Assembly: GCA_049967655.1 (NCBI GenBank)
Contig: JBMFSH010000008.1
Span: 39,268 to 103,267 of the forward strand
Direction of reading: 5' to 3'
Source of the DNA: Acidobacteriota bacterium
GTDB lineage: Bacteria > Acidobacteriota > UBA4820 > DSQY01
Length of the DNA stretch: 64,000 bases
This document shows, in pieces, positions 20,487 through 29,243 of the stretch; the first letter of the stretch is position 1; each line of letters begins with the position of its first letter. The notes beneath the pieces were generated by a model. The model ran no database searches and had not been told where the DNA came from. It saw only the letters and a program-made list of their open reading frames with translations. Position numbers and translations under genes: made by a program.

Positions 20487-22118
20487 ATGGCCAATAATCT
20501 GATCCCCGTCCCGAAGCCGCAGAACGAGCCGGTCTTCTCCTACGCCCCCGGCTCCCCCGAGAAGAAAATCCTCAAGGCCGAACTGAGCCGCATGCTCCGC
20601 GAGGAGATCGAGATCCCCCTCGTCATCGGCGGGAAGGAAGTCCGCACGGGCAACACGGCGAAGGCCGTCTGCCCCCACGACCACAAGCACGTTCTGGCCA
20701 CCTACCACCAGGCCGGCCCGAAGGAGGTGGAGCAGGCCATCGTCGCCTCCCAGGAGGCCTGGAAGGAGTGGTCGGCCATGCCATGGGAGCACCGGGCGGC
20801 CATCTTCCTGAAGGCCGCCGACCTCCTGGGCGGCCCCATGCGTGCGACGGCCAACGCGGCGACCATGCTCAACCAGAGCAAGACGGCCTTCCAGGCGGAG
20901 ATCGACTCGGCCTGCGAGCTCATCGACTTCTACCGCTTCAACCCCTACTACATGCAGTTCGTCTACCAGCAGCAGCCGGACAGCGTGAAGGGCATCTGGG
21001 ACTACGCCGAGTACCGTGCGCTGGAGGGCTTCATCTTCGCCGTGACGCCCTTCAACTTCACCTCCATCGCGGGCAATCTGCCCACGGCGCCCGCCATGAT
21101 GGGCAACGTGGTGCTCTGGAAGCCCGCCTCCTCGGCGGTCTTCTCGGCCTACCAGATCCTCAAAGTCCTGCAGGCGGCGGGGCTACCCGACGGCGTGATC
21201 AACTTCGTACCGGGCCGCGGCGGGGCGGTAGGTGACCCCGTCCTCGCCAGCCCCCACTTCGCCGGCGTCCACTTCACCGGCTCCACGGCGGTCTTCCAGG
21301 GTATGTGGAGGACCATCGGCGCCAACATCGCGAAGTACAAGAGCTACCCGCGCATCGTTGGAGAGACGGGCGGCAAGGACTTCGTCTTCGCCCACGCCAG
21401 CGCCGACTCCGCAGCCCTCGTCACGGCCCTGGTGCGCGGCGCCTTCGAGTTTCAGGGTCAAAAGTGTTCGGCCGCCTCCCGCGCTTACATCCCGAAGAGC
21501 CTCTGGCCCAAGGTGAAGGAGCAGCTCCTGGCCCAGATCGCCGAGATCAAGATGGGTTCTCCCCTCGATTTCCGAAACTTCATGACGGCGGTCATCGACC
21601 AGAACGCCTTCAAGGACCACAAGGGCTACATCGACTTCGCCAAGGCCTCGCCCGAGGCAGAGATCCTGTGCGGCGGCGGCTGCGACGACTCCCTCGGCTA
21701 CTTTATCCAGCCCACCGTGGTCCAGACCACCAATCCCAAGTTCAAGCTCATGGAGGAAGAGATCTTCGGCCCCGTCCTCACCCTCTACGTCTACGAGGAC
21801 ACCAGGCTGGACGAAACCCTCGAGCTCTGCGACACCACGAGTCCCTACGCCCTCACGGGCGCCGTCTTCGGCACCGACCGCAAGGCCATCATGAAGATGA
21901 TGGAGCGCCTGCGGCACTCCTCGGGGAATTTCTACATCAACGACAAGCCCACGGGCGCCGTGGTGAGCCAGCAGCCCTTCGGCGGCGGCCGCGCCAGCGG
22001 CACCAACGACAAGGCGGGCTCCTACCTCAACCTCATTCGCTGGACCAGCATGCGCGCCGTCAAGGAGACCTTCGTCCCCCCCACCCACTTCGCCTACCCC
22101 TTCATGGCGGAGGAGTAG
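20487..22118 (+). CDS. pruA: L-glutamate gamma-semialdehyde (delta-1-pyrroline-5-carboxylate) dehydrogenase
   Basis: NEPVFSYAPGSPE, FTGST, GETGGKDF, QGQKCSA, EEIFGP, FGGGRASGTNDKAG. Confidence 0.93.
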   Translation: MANNLIPVPKPQNEPVFSYAPGSPEKKILKAELSRMLREEIEIPLVIGGKEVRTGNTAKAVCPHDHKHVLATYHQAGPKEVEQAIVASQEAWKEWSAMPWEHRAAIFLKAADLLGGPMRATANAATMLNQSKTAFQAEIDSACELIDFYRFNPYYMQFVYQQQPDSVKGIWDYAEYRALEGFIFAVTPFNFTSIAGNLPTAPAMMGNVVLWKPASSAVFSAYQILKVLQAAGLPDGVINFVPGRGGAVGDPVLASPHFAGVHFTGSTAVFQGMWRTIGANIAKYKSYPRIVGETGGKDFVFAHASADSAALVTALVRGAFEFQGQKCSAASRAYIPKSLWPKVKEQLLAQIAEIKMGSPLDFRNFMTAVIDQNAFKDHKGYIDFAKASPEAEILCGGGCDDSLGYFIQPTVVQTTNPKFKLMEEEIFGPVLTLYVYEDTRLDETLELCDTTSPYALTGAVFGTDRKAIMKMMERLRHSSGNFYINDKPTGAVVSQQPFGGGRASGTNDKAGSYLNLIRWTSMRAVKETFVPPTHFAYPFMAEE

Positions 22119-22171
22119 GGAGAACCCATCACCACGGTGCCACAGGCACGGTGGCAGCAAGCTTTCGTGGA

Positions 22172-22199
22172 AAGGGCGGGCCGGCGGTCCGCCCTTCTT
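22172..22199. terminator. Probable bidirectional terminator between pruA and the ACT-domain gene
   Basis: aagggcgg(gcc)-ggc-(ggt)ccgccctt stem between convergent genes. Confidence 0.55.
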
Positions 22200-22203
22200 G
22201 TAT

Positions 22204-22860
22204 TTACGGCCAGAAGTAGGCCTTGAGGATGGAGAAGGCCCGGTCCACGTCGCGCTTTTCCAGAACGATGGTGAGCTCGGTGTAGGTGGAGACGAGCTCC
22301 ACCACGTTGATGCCGGCCCACATCAGCTGTTTGAGGATGGAGTAGTAGACGCCGGGCATGTCCACGATGCGGGGGGTGTAGTGGATGCCCACGGCGGCGA
22401 GATCCCGGAGGCGGGCCACGCGTCGCTCCTGCTCGAACACCCTCTCCACGAGAGGCTCCAGCCCCGCGTTCACCATGACGGTCATCTCGTGCACGCCGTG
22501 GGTGAAGGTCACGAAGGCGTGGCCCTCCCCGCGCACCTCCGCCAGGAGGGCCGTCTGACACCGGAGAATGGTGGGGGAATGCTGAAAGGTGAACTCGGTG
22601 ATGTCGGAGCGCACCGTCACATCCTGGATCTGGCGGCCCACCTTCTTGGGGGTGGAGGCCTTCCGGGCGAGCCGCCCCGAAAGGCGGCTCAAGGCTACGA
22701 TCACGGCCCCCTCACCCACGGGCTTCCGAGCCTCGGCCTCCACCTGGGGGCGGATGGCGCGCGCCACCGCCGAGAGGTTCAGGATCCCCGAGGCCAGTCC
22801 CTCTTCGAGGACCGGCGCCCCCCGGACGATGCGCCCCACGGCCGCGGCGACGGTGATCAT
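22204..22860 (-). CDS. ACT-domain protein with helical N-terminus (aspartate-kinase-regulatory-like); possible regulator
   Basis: C-terminal PGVYYSILKQLMWAGINVVELVSTYTELTIV is ACT-like; no kinase domain; divergent from lysW. Confidence 0.7.
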   Translation of the reverse strand: MITVAAAVGRIVRGAPVLEEGLASGILNLSAVARAIRPQVEAEARKPVGEGAVIVALSRLSGRLARKASTPKKVGRQIQDVTVRSDITEFTFQHSPTILRCQTALLAEVRGEGHAFVTFTHGVHEMTVMVNAGLEPLVERVFEQERRVARLRDLAAVGIHYTPRIVDMPGVYYSILKQLMWAGINVVELVSTYTELTIVLEKRDVDRAFSILKAYFWP

Positions 22861-22910
22861 GTTCGAAATATAACACTTTTCTTCGAATCATGAAAGATTC
22901 ATCCAGATTT

Positions 22911-22939
22911 TTGACGTCCGCGTTCCCGCGGGCCAGAAT
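22911..22939 (+). promoter_or_regulatory. Putative sigma70 promoter of the lysW operon
   Basis: TTGACG-17 bp-CAGAAT, then a GGAGGT RBS before lysW. Confidence 0.55.
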
Positions 22940-22962
22940 GCGCCCTCTTGTGGAGGTGCAAC

Positions 22963-23139
22963 ATGACCGCTTCCTACGCTCTCTGCCCCGTCTGCGACGC
23001 CCAAGTCCCCGTTCCCCCGAACCCTGTGCTTTCCGAACTCCTGGTCTGCGAATCGTGCAGCGTGGCCTTGGAGGTCCGCGCGCTAGACCCCGTGGTCCTG
23101 GACGAGGCCCCCCAGGAAGAAGAGGACTGGGGCCAGTGA
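22963..23139 (+). CDS. lysW: Amino-group carrier protein LysW (variant C-terminus EEEDWGQ)
   Basis: 58 aa acidic protein; zinc ribbon CPVC...CESC; ends APQEEEDWGQ; strong RBS; first gene of a lysX/Y/Z/J cluster. Confidence 0.93.
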   Translation: MTASYALCPVCDAQVPVPPNPVLSELLVCESCSVALEVRALDPVVLDEAPQEEEDWGQ

Positions 23140-24350
23140 GCCTCACCATCCTGGACACCACCCTGCGCGAAGGCGAGCAGACGCCGGGCGTCTGCTTCGA
23201 CGTCCACATCAAGCTCGCCATCGCCGACCTGCTCGACCGCGTGGGGGTGGAGGTGATCGAGGCGGGTCATCCCGCCGTCACCGAGGAGATTCGTCGCTCC
23301 GTGACGCTTCTGGCGGCCGGGGGCCTGGGCCCCCGCGTGGGCGCCCACGCCCGCTCGCTGGAGAGCGACGTGGACCTGGCCCTCGCGTGCGGCGTCGGCT
23401 TCCTCGGAGTCTTCTACTGCGTCACCGACGAGCGGCTGGAGGACCACCGCCAGACCCTGACCCGCGCCCTGGACCGCATCGCTCGCGTCATCGCCTATGC
23501 GCGGGAGCGGCGGCCGGACCTCTGGATCCGCTACACCCCCGAGGACACCGTGCGGAGCCCCTTCGAGAACGTCCTCTCGGCCGCCACGGCCGCCGTGCAC
23601 GCCGGGGCCGACATCATCAGCGTGGCGGACACCACGGGCTTCCTGATCCCGGGGACTCCCCGAGACATGTACGGCTTTGTGGCCCGCCTGCGCGACGGTC
23701 TCGCGGCGCGCGGGGCCTTTCCCAAGATTGCCGTGCACTGCCACAACGATCGCGGGCTTGCCCTCGCCAACGTGCTGGACGGCCTTCGCGCGGGAGCCGA
23801 GGTCGTGGACGCGAGCGTCCTGGGCCTCGGCGAGCGGGCCGGCATCGTGGACCTGGCGACGCTGCTCGCGGTGCTGGCCCACGATTTCGGAGAGGCGGAG
23901 CGGTGGGATCTCACCGTCCTGCCCGAGCTCTACGATCTCGTGTCGCGCTACGCCCGCATCCCGGTTCCGGCGCACTTCCCGGTCACGGGGCGCAACGCCT
24001 TCACCCACTGCGCCGGCATCCACACCCAGGCCGCCACCCGCAACCCGCTGCACTACCAGAGCCTGCCCGCCGAGCTCGTGGGCCGGAAATCGGAGATCGC
24101 CCTCGACCACATGTCGGGGTTGGCCTCGGTCCGCCACTGCCTGGCGCTCCTCGGAATCGAGGCCGGCGCGGAGCTGGCGCGCGCGGTGCTCCGCAGGGTC
24201 AAGGATGTGGGCCAGACGGGCCGCACCGTGGACCTCATCGAGCTCAAGTACATCGTGCGCGCCCTGGAAGCGTCAGAGGGGGGATGGCGCGTTGACGCCG
24301 TCGCGACCTCGCTCGGGCCGGAGCCCGAGGAGAAGACCGGCACCTGCTGA
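23136..24350 (+). CDS. Homocitrate synthase-like (DRE-TIM/LeuA family) enzyme
   Basis: LDTTLREGEQTPG, ADTTG, HCHNDRG, GLGERAG, FTHCAGIH; GTGA overlap with the lysW stop; lysine-operon context. Confidence 0.8.
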   Translation: MSLTILDTTLREGEQTPGVCFDVHIKLAIADLLDRVGVEVIEAGHPAVTEEIRRSVTLLAAGGLGPRVGAHARSLESDVDLALACGVGFLGVFYCVTDERLEDHRQTLTRALDRIARVIAYARERRPDLWIRYTPEDTVRSPFENVLSAATAAVHAGADIISVADTTGFLIPGTPRDMYGFVARLRDGLAARGAFPKIAVHCHNDRGLALANVLDGLRAGAEVVDASVLGLGERAGIVDLATLLAVLAHDFGEAERWDLTVLPELYDLVSRYARIPVPAHFPVTGRNAFTHCAGIHTQAATRNPLHYQSLPAELVGRKSEIALDHMSGLASVRHCLALLGIEAGAELARAVLRRVKDVGQTGRTVDLIELKYIVRALEASEGGWRVDAVATSLGPEPEEKTGTC

Positions 24351-24374
24351 AGGGGCCGGGCCGAAGGAGAGACG

Positions 24375-25250
24375 ATGGTCCGCATCGGTTTTCTGCATTC
24401 CGTCATCCGACGCGAGGAGAAGCTCCTCCTCGAAACCCTGGCCGCCCAGGCCGGCGTGGAGGTGGTGCCCCTGGATGACCGTACGCTCACCTTCGCCCTG
24501 CCGGGCCGCCCGGCCGCCATGGACCTGGTGCTGGACCGCTCCCTCACGCACTCCAGGGCCCTCTACGCGCTTCGTCTCTTCGAGAGCGCCGGCGTGCGGT
24601 GCGTCAACCCCTCCCGCGCCGTCGCCCTCTGCGGCGACAAGCTCCTGACCAGCATCGCCCTGGCGGAGGCGGGCATCCCTCAGCCAGAGGTTCGGACCGC
24701 CTTCACGCCCGAGGCCGCCCTCGCCGCCATCGAGGAGATGGGCTACCCCGTGGTCCTCAAGCCCTGCGTGGGCTCGTGGGGGCGCCTGCTGGCCAAGGTG
24801 AATGACCGCGACGCGGCGGAGGCGCTGCTCGAACACAAGGTCACCCTCGGCAGCTACCAGCACGGCATCTTCTACATCCAGCGCTACGTGGAGAAGCGCG
24901 GGAGGGACATCCGCGCCTTCGCGGTGGGCGGGGAGTGCGTGGCCGCCATCTACCGGACGTCGGACCACTGGATCACCAACACGGCACGGGGAGGCGTGGC
25001 CACGAACTGCCCCGTGAACGACGGCCTGGCCGATCTCTGCGCGCGGGCGGCGCGGGCCGTGGAGGGCGACGTGGTGGCCCTCGACCTCTTCGAGGGCGAG
25101 GCGGGCTACCTCGTCAACGAGGTCAACCACACCATGGAGTTCAAGAACAGCGTGGCACCCACGGGCGTGGACATCCCCGGGCTCATCGTCCGGCACGTCC
25201 TCTCGCTCGCCCGCGGTGTGGCAAGCCTGGCCGAGGCCGCCCATGGCTAA
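24375..25250 (+). CDS. lysX: Alpha-aminoadipate--LysW ligase (RimK/ATP-grasp)
   Basis: [40 protein letters not shown]. The last two are LysX-type rather than ArgX-type. Confidence 0.92.
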   Translation: MVRIGFLHSVIRREEKLLLETLAAQAGVEVVPLDDRTLTFALPGRPAAMDLVLDRSLTHSRALYALRLFESAGVRCVNPSRAVALCGDKLLTSIALAEAGIPQPEVRTAFTPEAALAAIEEMGYPVVLKPCVGSWGRLLAKVNDRDAAEALLEHKVTLGSYQHGIFYIQRYVEKRGRDIRAFAVGGECVAAIYRTSDHWITNTARGGVATNCPVNDGLADLCARAARAVEGDVVALDLFEGEAGYLVNEVNHTMEFKNSVAPTGVDIPGLIVRHVLSLARGVASLAEAAHG

Positions 25251-26289
25251 GCTCCGCGTGGCCATCGTGGGAGCCTCCGGCTACACGGGCGGGGAACTGC
25301 TGAGAATCTTCCTCCACCACCCGAGCGCCGAGGTGGTCCAGGCCACCTCCGAGCGCCACGCCGGTCGCGGCGTGGGCACGGTGCATCCCAACCTGCGCGG
25401 CCGCAGCTCGCTCTCCTTCAGCAAGCGGGACGACCTGGCCCCCTGCGACGCCCTCTTCCTCTGCCTTCCCCACGGGGAGACGGCGCCCGCCGCCGAGGCC
25501 CTCCTGCCCATGGCCGAGCGGGTGCTGGACCTGAGCGCCGACTTCCGCCTGCGCGACCAAGCTGCCTATCCGCGCTGGTACGGCTTCGACCACCCAAGGC
25601 CCGACCTCTTGGGGCACTTCGTCTACGGCATCCCGGAACTGCACCGCGACCAGATCCGCGCCTCGCGCCTTGTGGCCGTGGCCGGCTGCAACGCCACGGC
25701 CGTCATCCTCGCGCTCCATCCGCTCTTCGCCGAAGGGATCGCCCCGGCCGACGGCACCGTGGTGGAGGTGAAGGTGGGCTCCAGCGAGGGCGGCGCCGCC
25801 TTTTCGGCCTCCAGCCACCACCCCGAACGCGCCCACTGCCTGCGCTCCTATCGCCCCACGGGCCACCGCCACCAGGTGGAAATCGAGCAGGAGCTGGCCC
25901 TTCGCGGCCCCGTCCGCGTGCACCTCTCGGCCACCGCCGTGGACGAGGTCCGCGGCCTCCTCGCCACGGCCCACGTCTTTCCCACCCGGCCCGTCGATGA
26001 GAAGGAGATTTGGCGCCTCTACCGGCGCGCTTACGGAGAGGAGCCCTTCGTCCGCATCGTCAAGGGCCGCGACGGGAACTACCGCTACCCGGAGCCCAAG
26101 GTGCTCTGGGGCACCAACACCTGCGAGGTGGGCTTCGAGCTGGACGCCGCCTCGGGCCGCCTCGTGGTGATCTCCGCCCTGGACAACCTGGTCAAGGGAG
26201 GAGCGGGCCAGGCCGTCCAGTGCTTCAACCTCATGCACGGCTTTCCCGAAACGGCTGGGCTGGAATTCCCCGGCCTCCATCCGGTGTGA
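25243..26289 (+). CDS. lysY: LysW-gamma-aminoadipyl-phosphate reductase (ArgC family)
   Basis: [43 protein letters not shown]. Confidence 0.9.
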   Translation: MAKLRVAIVGASGYTGGELLRIFLHHPSAEVVQATSERHAGRGVGTVHPNLRGRSSLSFSKRDDLAPCDALFLCLPHGETAPAAEALLPMAERVLDLSADFRLRDQAAYPRWYGFDHPRPDLLGHFVYGIPELHRDQIRASRLVAVAGCNATAVILALHPLFAEGIAPADGTVVEVKVGSSEGGAAFSASSHHPERAHCLRSYRPTGHRHQVEIEQELALRGPVRVHLSATAVDEVRGLLATAHVFPTRPVDEKEIWRLYRRAYGEEPFVRIVKGRDGNYRYPEPKVLWGTNTCEVGFELDAASGRLVVISALDNLVKGGAGQAVQCFNLMHGFPETAGLEFPGLHPV

Positions 26290-26291
26290 CC

Positions 26292-26939
26292 ATGTGTCGC
26301 CTCCTCGCCGTCGCCTCCACGAATCCCATCGACGCGGGCCGCCACCTCGATGCCTTCCGGCGCCTCTGCCGACAAAGCCGCGGATACCAGGGCCACGGCT
26401 GGGGCTGCGCCGTCTGGCGGGAGGGACGCTGGGAGCGCTACCGTACGGTGCGTCCCGTCTGGGAGGACGACTACCGGCCCGAGGGCGAGGTGCGCGCCTT
26501 CGTGGCTCACGCCCGCAGCGCCTTCCGCGACGAGGGCATCGAGGAGGAGAACAACATGCCGTTTCTCATGGGGCCGCGGGCCTTCGTCTTCAACGGCGAG
26601 ATGCGGGGCGTCCGGCTGGGCCTTCGCGGGCGGACCGGTGCCGACAAGCTCTTGGGCCTGATCAGCGCCATGGACCGGGGCGACACTGCGGAGGCCATCG
26701 AACGCACGAGGGCGGTCCTGGTCCGGCGAAGCGCGCGCATCCGGGCCTGCAACTTCATCCTCGCGGAGCCGGGGCGCTTCCACCTTCACGTCCTCTTCGA
26801 CGGCGAGGCCGACTACTTCACCATGGTTCAGAGGCGCGCGGACGGCGAGCTCGTGATTTGCTCGGAGCCGTACCCGGAGGATGAAGGCCCATGGGAGCCC
26901 CTGCCCTCGGGGACGCGGAGGGCCATTCCGTGGTCATAG
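26292..26939 (+). CDS. Class II glutamine amidotransferase-like Ntn hydrolase (YafJ/EgtC/Dug3-like)
   Basis: Starts M-C-R-L-L (Cys2 nucleophile); GHGWG, AHARSA, NNMPF, FVFNG, CSEP; 2 nt after the lysY stop and overlapping the lysZ start. Confidence 0.85.
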   Translation: MCRLLAVASTNPIDAGRHLDAFRRLCRQSRGYQGHGWGCAVWREGRWERYRTVRPVWEDDYRPEGEVRAFVAHARSAFRDEGIEEENNMPFLMGPRAFVFNGEMRGVRLGLRGRTGADKLLGLISAMDRGDTAEAIERTRAVLVRRSARIRACNFILAEPGRFHLHVLFDGEADYFTMVQRRADGELVICSEPYPEDEGPWEPLPSGTRRAIPWS

Positions 26940-27721
26940 TGAAGGTAGGCGGAGGGAAGGGCCTCAACCTGGAGGGCCTCGCCGAGGACGTCGCGCGCCT
27001 CGATGAGGGCGTGCTCATCGTGCATGGCGCCAACGCCTGGCGCGACGAGCTGGCCGAGAGGCTCGGCGTGCGCCTGGAGGTGCTCACTTCGGCCAGCGGT
27101 TACGCCAGCGTCCTCTCCGACGAGCCCCTGATGGAGCTCATGCTCATGGCCTACGCTGGGCTGCGCAACAAGCGGCTGGTGGAGGCTTTGTTGCGGCGGG
27201 GCGTGCGCGCCGTTGGGCTCACGGGCCTCGACGGTGCCGTGATTCGCGGGCGCCGGAACGCGGCCATCCGCGCCCGCGAAGGGGACAAGATCGTCCTCAA
27301 GCGCGACCTCTCGGGCAAGCCGCGGGAGGTCAACGCGCCGCTCCTGCGGATGCTGCTCGATGGGGGCTACACGCCCGTCCTCACGGTGCCCATCGCCGAC
27401 GAGAACGGCTTCGCGGTGAACTCGGAGAACGATGAGGTGGTGGCGCTCTTCCAGGAGACCTTCCGCGCCCGGTGCGTGGTCCACCTCATCGAGGCCGCGG
27501 GCCTCCTCGCGGACCGAGCCGCCCCGGCCTCGGCCGTTGCCTCGCTGAGCAGGGACGAACTCGCGCGCCTCGAGGCCGATGCGCCGGGCCGCTTCCGGCG
27601 CAAGCTCCGCGCCATCCTGCGGACGCTGGAGGCTGGGCCCGTGTGGGTCGCCATCGCCGACGGCCGCACCGCCCATCCGCTCGAAGGGGCGCTGTCAGGA
27701 AAGGGGACGGTGATCCAATGA
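26930..27721 (+). CDS. lysZ: LysW-gamma-aminoadipate kinase (ArgB family)
   Basis: VIVKVGG, IVHGAN, SGYASV, GLTGLDG, C-terminal GTVI. Confidence 0.88.
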   Translation: MVIVKVGGGKGLNLEGLAEDVARLDEGVLIVHGANAWRDELAERLGVRLEVLTSASGYASVLSDEPLMELMLMAYAGLRNKRLVEALLRRGVRAVGLTGLDGAVIRGRRNAAIRAREGDKIVLKRDLSGKPREVNAPLLRMLLDGGYTPVLTVPIADENGFAVNSENDEVVALFQETFRARCVVHLIEAAGLLADRAAPASAVASLSRDELARLEADAPGRFRRKLRAILRTLEAGPVWVAIADGRTAHPLEGALSGKGTVIQ

Positions 27722-28872
27722 CCGATTTCGCCTCCATGGAGGAGGCCCACGCCCTACCCCTCTACGCCAAGCGCGGCATCGTCCTCGTGCGCGGGGAGAA
27801 GGCCCGCGTCTGGGACCAGGATGGCCGCTGCTACATTGATTGCGTGGCGGGCCACGGGACGGCCAGCCTCGGCCACTGCCACCCCGCCGTGGTGGAGGCC
27901 GTGCGCCAGCAGGCCGGGCGCCTCATCAGCTGCAGCAACACCTTCTACAACGACGCCCGCGCCCTCTTCCTCGAACGCCTGGCCGGCGCGGCGCCACCGG
28001 GCCTGGGCCGCGCCTTCCTCTGCAACTCCGGCGCCGAGGCGGTGGAGGCCGCTCTCAAGCTCGCCCGCTTCACCACGGGCCGCGCGCGGTTCGTCTGCGC
28101 GAGGCAGGCCTTCCACGGCCGCACCCTCGGCGCCCTGAGCGCCACCCACAACCCACTCTACCGCGACGGCTTCGGCCCTTTGGTGGAAGGCTTCAGCTTC
28201 GTCCCCTTCAACGACCTCCAGGCTGCCGAGGCCGCCGTCACAGGCGAGACGGCGGGCGTCCTCCTGGAGGTGGTCCAGGGGGAGGGCGGGGTGCACGTGG
28301 CGGACGGCGACTACCTGGCCGGCGTCGCGGCCCTCTGCCGGGAGCGCGGCGCGCTCCTGCTCATCGACGAAGTCCAGACGGGCTTCTGCCGCACGGGGCG
28401 CCTCTTCGCCTTCGAGCGCTTCGGCCTCGAGCCCGACCTCGTCTGTCTTGCCAAGGCCATCGCGGGCGGCCTCCCCATGGGCGCCGTGCTCTGTTCGTCC
28501 GCCATCCAGGCCCAGCCCAACAAGCACGGCACCACCTTCGGCGGCAACCCCCTCTGCTGCGCCGCCGCTTCGGCCTCCCTCGGCGTCATGGTGGAGACGC
28601 GGCTCTGGGAGCAGGCCGAGCGAAAGGGCGAGGCCCTCATGGCGCGCCTCGGCGCCATCCGCAGCCCCCGCGTGCGCCAGGTCCGCGGCCTCGGCCTGAT
28701 GGTGGGGATCGAGCTTCGCGAGAAGGTGCGGCCCCACCTGGACCGGCTCGCCGCCGAGGGCGTCCTCGCCCTGCCCGCCGGCCCCAACGTCCTGCGCCTC
28801 TTGCCCCCGCTGACCATCGAGGAGGACGACCTCGACCGCGTGGCCGAGGCCGTTGAGCGCGTCCTGGGCTGA
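27718..28872 (+). CDS. lysJ: LysW-aminoadipate semialdehyde transaminase (ArgD family, PLP)
   Basis: YIDCVAG, CNSGAEA, FHGRT, DEVQTG, AKAIAGG, HGTTFGGNP. Confidence 0.88.
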   Translation: MTDFASMEEAHALPLYAKRGIVLVRGEKARVWDQDGRCYIDCVAGHGTASLGHCHPAVVEAVRQQAGRLISCSNTFYNDARALFLERLAGAAPPGLGRAFLCNSGAEAVEAALKLARFTTGRARFVCARQAFHGRTLGALSATHNPLYRDGFGPLVEGFSFVPFNDLQAAEAAVTGETAGVLLEVVQGEGGVHVADGDYLAGVAALCRERGALLLIDEVQTGFCRTGRLFAFERFGLEPDLVCLAKAIAGGLPMGAVLCSSAIQAQPNKHGTTFGGNPLCCAAASASLGVMVETRLWEQAERKGEALMARLGAIRSPRVRQVRGLGLMVGIELREKVRPHLDRLAAEGVLALPAGPNVLRLLPPLTIEEDDLDRVAEAVERVLG

Positions 28873-29243
28873 CCGGGAGAGAGCGCCGGCAACGGCGCGC
28901 GGCTCAGGCTCCCCGTGCCTCGCCCCCCGCGGGAATTTCGTGCGGAGCGTCTTCGGTGGGACGGCCCTAGGAGAGGTCACGGCGCCGGGTCGGCTCCACC
29001 AGAGAACCCCAGAGAGCCCCCCGTGCCTTGCCGCATCCCTGGACCTATGGTCCGTCTCGAGATTCCTCGGCGCCTCTGCGCCTCTGTGGTGATCCCTTTG
29101 CCCCTCTTTCTCCGCCGGGGCCGGGCAGGCTACAGCCCCCGGACCATGGCCTGCATGAGGTAGGGTTCGCGGGTCATCTGGCTCACCGCGCAGGCCACTT
29201 CGCCCTTGGGGCGCCAGCCCTCGCGGCCCCTGCGCCCCATCAG

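Noticed and set aside
22890..24350. 486-aa version of the homocitrate synthase
   Set aside because: The extension runs over the promoter and lysW; the GTG at 23136 gives the normal N-terminus.
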